Below, in pieces: positions 47,587-55,799 of a DNA stretch of 64,000 bases. The notes beneath the pieces are model-generated. The model was not told the DNA's origin. It did no database searches and saw only the letters and a list, made by a program, of their open reading frames with translations. The translations under genes and the position numbers were made by a program. Origin of the DNA: an uncultured delta proteobacterium. GTDB taxonomy: Bacteria; Myxococcota_A; Polyangia; Fen-1088. The first letter of the stretch is position 1; each line of letters opens with the position of its first letter. The stretch covers positions 6,720 through 70,719 of the forward strand of contig CAVWUP010000019.1 in the NCBI GenBank assembly GCA_963758155.1. The letters run 5' to 3'.

Positions 47587-49342
47587 AACCTCATTTCGTG
47601 CCCTGGCTCGCGCGGTCTTTGGCTCAGGCTATCATCGAGCGACGCCGATTTGGGGTATCGTCTCTAGTGGTCGCGATGGGTCGCTCAATTTCAGCAGGGG
47701 ACTACTAGGTCGCGTGTCAAGCGCTGAGCCATCGGTTTCCAGGCCTGCGCTGACGGGTCTGTCCGGCCGCACGCTGGGCTTGCTGTTTGGCCTGGACCTG
47801 GTGTTGCGCTTGGCGCACGAGCTGGCCATGGGCGCCAGCCTCTACTTCGACAACCCCGTCATCGACGCCGGCACCTACGAAGAGCTGGCCACCTCGATCG
47901 CAGCCGGCCGGGGTCACCCCGAGGCTGTGTTCTGGCACCCGCCGGGCTATCCGTATTTTCTTGGCGTGATCTGGCGGCTCGGGGGCAAATCGTTTCTCTG
48001 GCCGCGCCTGGTGCAGGCCCTGCTGGGCGCGCTGGTGGTGGTGCTGACCGCGTGGATCGGGGCGCGACTTTTCGGACCGCGCGTGGGGCTGGGCGCTGGC
48101 GTCGCTGCGGCCTGCTACAGCACGCTCATCTACTTCGACGGCGAGTTGCTGCCACCCACGCTGGCCATTTTTTTTCTCTTGCTGGCCGTGGCGGTTGCGA
48201 TCGCGTGCCGGAATCGCCCGGGCCGGTGGCGCTGGCTGGCCGCCGGGGCAGTGGGTGGCATGGCCGCCACGGTCGTCGCGACGTTGCTCGTGGTGCCGCT
48301 GGTGATCGCCGGCTTCGCCCGTCGCAAGGCGGGCTGGGTGTTGCTGGGTACGGCCCTCGCCATTGCGCCGGTCACGCTTCGCAATGCCGTTCGCGGCCAC
48401 GAGTTCGTTCTCATTTCGGCCAATGGCGGGGTGAACTTCTGGATCGGCAACAATCCGCAATACCAGAAGATGGTCGACTTGCGGCCGGACTTGGGCTGGA
48501 AACGCCTGGTCCAGGAGCCTGGTCGCGCGGGCGTTCACGGCCTGGCCAATTCGTCCCGCTACTTTGCCAGAAAGGCGTGGACTTGGGCGGCGCACAACCC
48601 TTCGGCCTTCGCGCGCTTGCAATTGCACAAGCTGCGCCTCTTCGTCGGCGGTGACGAAATCTACCGCAACCAAGCCATTTATCCGGCGCGCATGGATTCG
48701 CCGGTGCTGCGTCTGTTGTTGTGGAAGATTCCTGGTCTCGCATTCCCCTTTGGCCTGCTCTTGCCTTTGTCGGCGCTGGGTCTGTGGGTCGGGGCCCGGC
48801 GCGCGCCTCTGCTGGCGGCGCTGGTCGCGGCGCTGTCTTTGTCAGCGGTCGGGTTCTTCATTACGGCGCGCTACCGGGTGGTGGTCGTGCCCTTCCTCCT
48901 GATCTTCGCCGGTCAAGCAGTGGCCTGGTTGGCTGGTCAGTCCTCGTGGCGGCCGCGTCTGATCGCTGCCGCGGCTGTGGCAGGGCTTTCTCTCGTCGCC
49001 AATCTGGGCCAGGGGCGCATGGAAAGCAGAATGAACGCCGACGCCGAGTACAGCCTAGGCGTCAGGCTGGGCGAGAAGGGCCAAATCAAGCGAGCGGCCG
49101 CCCTGTTTGAGTCGGCCCTGGCCAGCAAGCCCGACTACACCGAGGCGTGGCTCAATCTCAGCGTGTGCTACGACGTTTTCGGCCGGCACGAGGATGCGCG
49201 CCAGGCCTTTGCCCGCGCCTTTGCCCTCGACCGCGAGGCCACCATCGGAATGGTGCGCGACTTTCTTTCTGCGGGAAAACGCGACGCCGCGCAAGCTCTG
49301 CTCGGGCACATGGCCGCCGTGCGCGCCACGCGCGCCGAATGA
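47579..49342 (+). CDS. glycosyltransferase family 39 (ArnT/PMT-like GT-C membrane glycosyltransferase) with C-terminal TPR repeats
   Basis: Multiple TM segments. The PMT_2-like region is HPPGYPYFLGVIWRLGG. The C-terminal TPR-like sequence is AEYSLGVRLGEKGQIKRAAALFESALASKPDYTEAWLNLSVCYDVFGRHEDA. Confidence 0.75.
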   Translation: MAKTSFRALARAVFGSGYHRATPIWGIVSSGRDGSLNFSRGLLGRVSSAEPSVSRPALTGLSGRTLGLLFGLDLVLRLAHELAMGASLYFDNPVIDAGTYEELATSIAAGRGHPEAVFWHPPGYPYFLGVIWRLGGKSFLWPRLVQALLGALVVVLTAWIGARLFGPRVGLGAGVAAACYSTLIYFDGELLPPTLAIFFLLLAVAVAIACRNRPGRWRWLAAGAVGGMAATVVATLLVVPLVIAGFARRKAGWVLLGTALAIAPVTLRNAVRGHEFVLISANGGVNFWIGNNPQYQKMVDLRPDLGWKRLVQEPGRAGVHGLANSSRYFARKAWTWAAHNPSAFARLQLHKLRLFVGGDEIYRNQAIYPARMDSPVLRLLLWKIPGLAFPFGLLLPLSALGLWVGARRAPLLAALVAALSLSAVGFFITARYRVVVVPFLLIFAGQAVAWLAGQSSWRPRLIAAAAVAGLSLVANLGQGRMESRMNADAEYSLGVRLGEKGQIKRAAALFESALASKPDYTEAWLNLSVCYDVFGRHEDARQAFARAFALDREATIGMVRDFLSAGKRDAAQALLGHMAAVRATRAE

Positions 49343-50205
49343 CTGCCTCATGCTATCGTCGCGCCGTGAAATCGCCGCTGGCCCTTCTTTGCCTGACACT
49401 GGCCACGCTTGCGGCGTGCAAGACGTCGCAAGTTCCCGTTGCGCCCTCCTGGATTCGCGACGGCATGGTCGAGATTCCGGGCGGCATGTTCGCCATGGGC
49501 AGTGACGGCCGGGACACCAACGAAAATGAAAAGCCGGTGCATTCGGTGACCGTGAGAAGCTTTCGCCTCGATCGGACGGAAGTGACGGTGCAGGCCTTTG
49601 CCGAATGCGTGCGCGCCGGCGCCTGCAGCGAGCCGGATGCCTTTCGCAACGAACGGGGCAATTTCCACATCTCTTGCAACTGGAAGAACCCACAGGACCG
49701 TTCCTCGCACCCAATCAATTGCGTCGACTTTCAGCAGGCCACCACGTTCTGCGCCTGGGCCAACAAGCGTTTGCCGACCGAGGAGGAATGGGAATATGCA
49801 GCCCGCGCTGGCTCCGAAGGTCGCACGTACCCCTGGGGAAACGACAAGCTGGACCAGACGCGGTTGAATGCCTGCGGAAAGGAATGCCCCGCCAACCTCG
49901 TGGCCAAAGGCTTTCCTCGGTGGGAGCCGCTCTATGAAGTGGACGATGGCTGGCCCGAGACGGCTCCGGTGGGCAGTTTTCCCGCCGGCGCGTCGAAACA
50001 CGGCGTTCTCGATCTGCTCGGCAATGTTTGGGAATGGACGTCCTCCGAGTACGCGTTCTTTGATGGCAGCCACGCCGAGAAGAAGCGGATTCTGCGTGGG
50101 GGAAGTTGGGGCGGCGGCGATCCGCGGACCGAGCGGAGCGGCAATCGCTTTCGCCTGGTTCCGACGAGCCGCGCGCAATTCTTAGGCTTCCGCTGCGCCC
50201 GATAG
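49339..50205 (+). CDS. formylglycine-generating-enzyme (FGE-sulfatase/SUMF1) family lipoprotein
   Basis: The ATG overlaps the GT39 stop (ATGA). The signal ...LALLCLTLATLAAC has a lipobox. Family motifs are present: PVHSVTVRSFRLDRTEVT, NCVDFQQATTFCAWANKRLPTEEEWEYAARAG, RGGSWGGG and RSGNRFR. Confidence 0.8.
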   Translation: MTASCYRRAVKSPLALLCLTLATLAACKTSQVPVAPSWIRDGMVEIPGGMFAMGSDGRDTNENEKPVHSVTVRSFRLDRTEVTVQAFAECVRAGACSEPDAFRNERGNFHISCNWKNPQDRSSHPINCVDFQQATTFCAWANKRLPTEEEWEYAARAGSEGRTYPWGNDKLDQTRLNACGKECPANLVAKGFPRWEPLYEVDDGWPETAPVGSFPAGASKHGVLDLLGNVWEWTSSEYAFFDGSHAEKKRILRGGSWGGGDPRTERSGNRFRLVPTSRAQFLGFRCAR

Positions 50206-50275
50206 ACATTGCGAATTTGCGCCGGCAGAGAAAGTCAGGCGCGGGCGCGGCGAGATTGGTACACAATAGCCCGAC

Positions 50276-52078
50276 ATGCGGCCGGTCCCGTGCTCCATCT
50301 CTCGTGCCATGGGCAGCTACCTGCGGCGCATCGTCGTGTACCGGCGTCCCTTGGCCAAGATCTTGATCCTCTTTCCCCTCAAGCACTCGGCCTATCTCTT
50401 CTATCCCATCCTGATCAAGCTGATCATCGACCGCTTCATTCCGGCGCGCCGGCTTGACTTGATATTCGGCACCCTGGGTGTGGTGGCCCTGCTGGGTGTG
50501 CTCAACTTCTTTTGCCATCGCGCCTACACCGTGTGCGAGACCGTCATCACCAAGGGCGTGTCGCGCGACCTGCGCAATCAGATCATCGAGAAGCTTCAGA
50601 TCCTGTCGCTGCAGTATCACGTCAGCCATGAGAGCGGGCGCTTCGTCTCGAAGCTGCTGGTCGACGTAGAGCGCACCGAGCGCTTTGCCGAGCTGCTCTT
50701 CAATACCCTGTTGGCCTCCGTGTTCACAGTCGCGTTTTCAGTAGCCGTCTTGGCGGCCGACAACTGGAAGATGCTGTTGTTCTACTTGCTGTGCATTCCC
50801 TTCTACTTGTTGGTCTACCGCTATTTCAACGTCCGCTTCGGGCGCTTGCAACACGCGGCCCGCATGGCCAACGAGGATCTCAGTCAGTCCATCAGCCAGT
50901 TCATCCAGACCTCGTTTCTCAGCAAACTGCACGGCGAGGAGGAATTCGAGCGCAGACGTATCGATGAACGCAGTGTCGACATCATCCAACGGCAGAAATC
51001 CATCCGCAAGACCATCGCTTCGTTCGGCATCATTACCGTGACCTTCTCGCAGGTGTTCACCATGCTGATCGTCGCGGTGTGTGCGACCCTGGTGATTCGG
51101 GGCGAAATGCTGATTGGCTCACTGGTGCTGTTTTTGACCTACATCACCCAGCTTACCAATACAGTCACCAACATCATCAATCAGTTTCCCACCGTCACGG
51201 AATTCGCCGAGTCGGTCTATTCCATCCGCGAAGTACTCAATGCTGCGGAGGAGGAGCAGAATCAGGGGAAAGAGAAGCCCGCCACCATTGTTGGGGAGCT
51301 GGAATTTCAGGACGTGGATTTTGCCTACGTCGGCGGAACGCCAGTTTTCGCCGGCCTTTCCGTGGCGCTAGTGCGGGCTGCCACGGTCGCGTTGGTGGGC
51401 GCCTCCGGTTCGGGCAAGACCACCTTCGTGAATCTGGCCCTGGGCCTGGTGCGGCCGCAGCGCGGGCGCATCTTGCTCGACGGGCGCGACCTGCAAAGCT
51501 TGGACATGCGGCATGTGCGCAAGCAGGTCGGCGTGGTCACGCAAGAGCCCATCATCTTTCGCGGCACGGTCTACGAGAACATCGCGCACGGGCGCGAGGA
51601 CTACGACAAGCAGGCTGTGCAAGAGGCGGCCCGGCGGGCCAATGCGCACGACTTCATCGCGGCATTGCCCGACGGGTACGACACCGTGGTGGGCGAGCGC
51701 GGGGCCACGCTGTCAGGCGGTCAGAAGCAGCGCATCGCTATTGCACGCACCATTTTCCGTCGGCCGGCCATTCTGGTGCTCGACGAGGCCACATCGGCCC
51801 TCGATGCCGAATCAGAGCGCGAGGTGCAGAAAGGCATCGACGGCTTGCTCGGCGGCCAGACCACCATCGTGATCGCACACCGACTGAGCACCATCTTCAA
51901 GGCGGACCGAATCCTGGTCTTCGATAAAGGAAAGATCGCGGAATCCGGCACACACGACCAGCTGATTGACCGGCGCGGCCTCTATGCCAGCCTGCTGCAG
52001 GTACAGATGGGGCTGGACGAGCATAGTATCGGAGTTCTGAAACAGACAGGGCATCGCGGGGCTGGCGGGGTCGCTTGA
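50276..52078 (+). CDS. ABC exporter, fused permease/ATPase (MsbA-like)
   Basis: The N-terminal 6-TM domain is followed by Walker A GASGSGKTT, signature LSGGQKQRIAIAR, Walker B ILVLDEATSALD and the H-loop IAHRL. Confidence 0.85.
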   Translation: MRPVPCSISRAMGSYLRRIVVYRRPLAKILILFPLKHSAYLFYPILIKLIIDRFIPARRLDLIFGTLGVVALLGVLNFFCHRAYTVCETVITKGVSRDLRNQIIEKLQILSLQYHVSHESGRFVSKLLVDVERTERFAELLFNTLLASVFTVAFSVAVLAADNWKMLLFYLLCIPFYLLVYRYFNVRFGRLQHAARMANEDLSQSISQFIQTSFLSKLHGEEEFERRRIDERSVDIIQRQKSIRKTIASFGIITVTFSQVFTMLIVAVCATLVIRGEMLIGSLVLFLTYITQLTNTVTNIINQFPTVTEFAESVYSIREVLNAAEEEQNQGKEKPATIVGELEFQDVDFAYVGGTPVFAGLSVALVRAATVALVGASGSGKTTFVNLALGLVRPQRGRILLDGRDLQSLDMRHVRKQVGVVTQEPIIFRGTVYENIAHGREDYDKQAVQEAARRANAHDFIAALPDGYDTVVGERGATLSGGQKQRIAIARTIFRRPAILVLDEATSALDAESEREVQKGIDGLLGGQTTIVIAHRLSTIFKADRILVFDKGKIAESGTHDQLIDRRGLYASLLQVQMGLDEHSIGVLKQTGHRGAGGVA

Positions 52079-52264
52079 ATTCTGACCGGGCCTGCCGGTA
52101 TTGACCGCGGTTCAGCGCGGCATTGGCTGCTGCCAATACATTCTTGACGCTGCCCTGCCTGTTCTGGGACACTGCACACGTCCGGCTTGTCACGCCAATG
52201 GTCCGCACACAGGGATGGGGCGGAGCAGGTACGGGCGCCGTCACTCAGAAAGGAGCCGATACCT

Positions 52265-52855
52265 ATGTCACAGCAGAATTTCTTTGGTCTTCTCTCCCGT
52301 GGAACCCTGTCTCTGGCGCTGCTAGGGGTGGTGATTGGATGCGGCAGCTCGCCTCCCAAGCCACAGAATGCACTCCAGGCCGAGATGGTCGGCGCTCCCA
52401 AGTGGGCGCAGGGTAGCTGTCAGATGGGTTTGCAGAACAAGAAGGCCATCTGTGGCACCGGCAGCGTATCCGGCATGACCAACGTGGCCTTGGCCCGCTC
52501 GGCGGCCGAGGGTCGCGCGCGCACCGAACTGGCGCGCAGCCTGCAGACGCGGGTCAAGGCCATGCTCAAGGACTATCAGGCAGCCACCCAGGGCGGCCCC
52601 GCGAATCAGACCGCCAGCGAGCAGCACATCGAAGACGTGTCCAAGCAGATCACCGACACCTCGCTCTCGGGCACGCGTCTGGAAGACACCTGGATTTCCA
52701 ACGCCGGCACCTTCTGGGCCCTGGTCGTGCTGGACACCGATGCCTTCAAGGACTCGATGAACAACATGAAGCAGCTCGACGACCATATTCGCGCTGCCAT
52801 CGTCAAGAGGGCTGACAAGGCGTTCTCCGAACTCGACGACGCCACGGCTCAGTAG
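52265..52855 (+). CDS. LPP20-family-like lipoprotein
   Basis: AGGAG ~10 nt upstream of ATG 52265. The signal MSQQNFFGLLSRGTLSLALLGVVIGCGSS has a lipobox. The following domain resembles the LPP20/FlgP fold (SVSGMTNVALARSAAEGRARTELARSLQTRVKAM). Confidence 0.6.
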   Translation: MSQQNFFGLLSRGTLSLALLGVVIGCGSSPPKPQNALQAEMVGAPKWAQGSCQMGLQNKKAICGTGSVSGMTNVALARSAAEGRARTELARSLQTRVKAMLKDYQAATQGGPANQTASEQHIEDVSKQITDTSLSGTRLEDTWISNAGTFWALVVLDTDAFKDSMNNMKQLDDHIRAAIVKRADKAFSELDDATAQ

Positions 52856-52889
52856 CCCGCGCGCGACTTATACCAGGGAACCCCCCCCC

Positions 52890-53921
52890 ATGAAGACAAC
52901 AGTCTACCGTCATTCTCTACTCGCGACTGTATCGTTCACTTCGATCCTTGCTGTTGGCTGTGCCAGCAGCATCACGGTTACCCGCTTGGCGCCGGCCGAG
53001 GTCAACTTGGCCGGGATCAAGCGCGTGGCCATCACCAACGTCGACGGCCCTGACGGCGAGACTTTTTCCACCCTGGTCAGCCAACGCATACTCGATTCCA
53101 AGCGCTACGAGCTGGTTGAGCGCGCCGAGATGGACAAGATCGCGGCCGAGCATCGCGGCGCGCTCGATGCAGCCTTCGAACAGAATCAGGGCGTGGAGAT
53201 TGGCAAGTTGTTGCCCGCGGCGGCGCTCATCGCCGGCAAGGTCAACGAATCCAAGGCCAGCGACAATGTGACCAGCCGTTCTGATACCTGTACGCGCTAT
53301 GACAGCGGCAAGCTGTTTCGCTACCCGTGCACCCGCTACACCCGCTTGGTCAAGGCGCGCTTCGTGACCAACGTGCGCGTCTTCGACACCAACACCAGCA
53401 GGGTGCTGGTCAGCCGACGCCTGGTCGCGGAACACAAGAAGGAGACCACGGCCACCGACGGCGATCCCGCGACCGTGGACAGCGACGGGATGCTGGATCA
53501 GTGCCGCAACGAGGTGGCCGACCAGTTCCTCAAGATGATCGCGCCGCACCCCGTGCAGGAACGTGTGGATCTGGAGGCGGACGGCGCCTTGCCCGAGCTG
53601 AAGCAAGGCAACGACTACCTGAAACGCGGCGATCCGGGCACCGCGGTGGAGTTCTTTGCTCGCGCCGTGGCCAAAGCGGACGCCAACCCATCGCTCAAGC
53701 CGGATGTCAAAGGCCGCGCTCACTATAGCTACGGTTTGGGCAAGGCCATGGTGGGTGACTACGACGTCGCCCTGGCCGAGCTCCACATGGCGCAAACTCT
53801 GAAGGCGCAACCGGCGTGGATGGATCTGGAAATGCGCGTGAAGGCCTGGAAGAAAGACGCGGACAAGGTCAGCCAGCAGATGAAAGACGGCGTGGCCGAG
53901 GCCCAGCCGCAGCAACAATAG
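52890..53921 (+). CDS. CsgG/LpoB-fold-like lipoprotein with C-terminal TPR-like repeats
   Basis: Lipobox ILAVGCASS. The N-terminal region IKRVAITNVDGPDGETFSTLVSQRILDSKRYELVERAEMDKIAAE matches the CsgG-type beta-alpha pattern. The C-terminus is TPR-like (GNDYLKRGDPGTAVEFFARAVAKAD...). Confidence 0.5.
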   Translation: MKTTVYRHSLLATVSFTSILAVGCASSITVTRLAPAEVNLAGIKRVAITNVDGPDGETFSTLVSQRILDSKRYELVERAEMDKIAAEHRGALDAAFEQNQGVEIGKLLPAAALIAGKVNESKASDNVTSRSDTCTRYDSGKLFRYPCTRYTRLVKARFVTNVRVFDTNTSRVLVSRRLVAEHKKETTATDGDPATVDSDGMLDQCRNEVADQFLKMIAPHPVQERVDLEADGALPELKQGNDYLKRGDPGTAVEFFARAVAKADANPSLKPDVKGRAHYSYGLGKAMVGDYDVALAELHMAQTLKAQPAWMDLEMRVKAWKKDADKVSQQMKDGVAEAQPQQQ

Positions 53922-53954
53922 GGCACGGGCACCGCCCGGAAGCGGAGGCAGAGC

Positions 53955-55004
53955 GTGATCACGAAGAACTATTTGACCCTGGCCGTTCTGGGTTCCAGCC
54001 TGCTGCTGGTTTCCACAAGGGCCAACGCCGGGTGCCCTGATTGGACTCGCAGCGGCCAGAGTCCGGAATATCCGCGGTCCCGCTATCTGGTCGGACTGGG
54101 CGTGGCTGGTGCCGTGCCCAGTCAGGCTGCCGGCGAAGAGCCGGCCAAGACCTCGGCCCTGGCCGACATGTCCAAGCAGATCGTGGCGTCGATCTCGTCG
54201 ACCACCACGGTCGAGGCTTCGGGCAGCTCCAGCGGCGGCGCGCAATTTTCCATCAAGGACAAGTCGACCATCAAGAGCGCCATCAAGCTGCCCGACGCGC
54301 AGATCGTCGCGCGTTGCTTTGATCCGCAGCAGGCCACCATGTACGCGCTGGCAGCGGTGGACAAGGCGGTGGCGCAGCAGCGCATCAGCGCGGCCGTGGA
54401 TATCGGCGCTGACAAGGCCTCGCGCGAGATGAAGGCCATCGAGGCGGCCATGAAGAAGCGGGCGCCCATGGACGCCCTGCCGCACGTGCAGCCCGCGCGC
54501 GAGGGCATCGACGAGGTGGAGACGCAACTCATCGTCCTGCGTGCCATCGGCGGCAACTACAAGGGCACGGCCCCCACGCGCAGTCAGTTCAAGGATCTGG
54601 CGCGTTCCCTGCGTTCCAAATTGCGCGTGACCGTGATCGCCACAGGCGATGGCAGCAAGCAGGTGGCTGCTGGCGTGGTTGAACGATTGACCAAGCTAGG
54701 CGTCGAGGTGCAGACCGCCGACAGGGCCGGGGGAGCTGTCGTCATCACGCTCGAAGTTTCCGAAAAGGCCCTGGTGCCGTCTGCCATCGCGGCCGGCATG
54801 GCGGCGCAAGAAGCGGCCAACGTGGAGGTCAAGCGCACCGACACCGACGCGGTCATTGCCGGGTTCCAGAAAGAGGGTCGTGGCGTGGGCCGCGCCGAAT
54901 CCGATGCGCGCAGCCGCGCCTTCACCAGTCTGGCCGGACTCATCGGACCCGCGGTCGAGAACGCGCTCAAGGGTCCGCTGGCCCTGGGCGCCGAAGGCGA
55001 GTAA
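53955..55004 (+). CDS. LPP20-like lipoprotein with additional C-terminal domain
   Basis: The signal peptide ends in a Cys-containing ANAGC sequence. The N-terminal domain is an LPP20-like repeat of the first lipoprotein (KTSALADMSKQIVASISS...). Confidence 0.5.
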   Translation: MITKNYLTLAVLGSSLLLVSTRANAGCPDWTRSGQSPEYPRSRYLVGLGVAGAVPSQAAGEEPAKTSALADMSKQIVASISSTTTVEASGSSSGGAQFSIKDKSTIKSAIKLPDAQIVARCFDPQQATMYALAAVDKAVAQQRISAAVDIGADKASREMKAIEAAMKKRAPMDALPHVQPAREGIDEVETQLIVLRAIGGNYKGTAPTRSQFKDLARSLRSKLRVTVIATGDGSKQVAAGVVERLTKLGVEVQTADRAGGAVVITLEVSEKALVPSAIAAGMAAQEAANVEVKRTDTDAVIAGFQKEGRGVGRAESDARSRAFTSLAGLIGPAVENALKGPLALGAEGE

Positions 55005-55083
55005 GGTCGACGATTTCGCCACAGTGGAAAAATGGCTGCTCAAGCCCTACCTCGCGCCGATGATGGGAAAGTAGGCTCTCGTC

Positions 55084-55716
55084 TCAGCGATCGCGCCGTC
55101 TCTCCTGGCGCTCGACGTGATCTTCCAGCTTGCGCGTGGCGATCTTGAGCAAGGCCGCCACCCCGGATTGCACCGCCGTCTCGAATTCCTTCGCCCCCTG
55201 AGCCACGGAGTCGCCGCCCTCAAGAAACTTCTGCTGCCACGCCGCGCGCGCAGCCCGGCGGCGCTCGCGCTCGCGCCGCTTCTCTTCGCGGCGTCGCTGT
55301 CGCAGAACCTTGTCATAGGGAAAGATCACGTTGCGCACTTGCATGGCCAGCAGCGCCCCGCTGCCCAGCAGGGGCCAGACGTACCAGTTGCCGCCGGTGA
55401 AGCGCGTGGCAATGAAGTAGAGAAACACATTGAGAACGGAGTAGCTGACCGCCGAGGATGCGAAGCGTTTGAGCTGCACGGCCCGCTCGGCCGCCAGCTC
55501 GTGCGCGGCAACCTGTCGCGCCTGGTTCTGCGTGCGCGCCTGCGCCAGTTCCGCGGTGGCGCGTTCCACGGCATCGCGCTCGATGCCCGCCTCGGACGCA
55601 ATCTCGATCAGCTCGGCATGGCTGAGCGCACGCTCACGGCTCGCCGGCTCGCTCAGGGCGCGCCTGATGATCTCGTTGATCTCTTCCTGCGTGTAGCGGG
55701 CCTGCGGATCGCTCAT
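55084..55716 (-). CDS. hypothetical membrane protein with charged helical N-terminus, two TM segments and an Arg/Glu-rich tail
   Basis: Start MSDPQARYTQEEINEIIRRAL. TM segments YSVLNVFLYFIATRF and YVWPLLGSGALLAM, followed by RRREEKRRERERRRAARAAW. Confidence 0.5.
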   Translation of the reverse strand: MSDPQARYTQEEINEIIRRALSEPASRERALSHAELIEIASEAGIERDAVERATAELAQARTQNQARQVAAHELAAERAVQLKRFASSAVSYSVLNVFLYFIATRFTGGNWYVWPLLGSGALLAMQVRNVIFPYDKVLRQRRREEKRRERERRRAARAAWQQKFLEGGDSVAQGAKEFETAVQSGVAALLKIATRKLEDHVERQERRRDR

Positions 55717-55799
55717 GAATTTCCGCCATTGTGCCCCCGGAAAGCGCCGTTGTCAGTAGTGTACAATCTCCTGATTCCCATCCAGCCACTGGAGACGAC

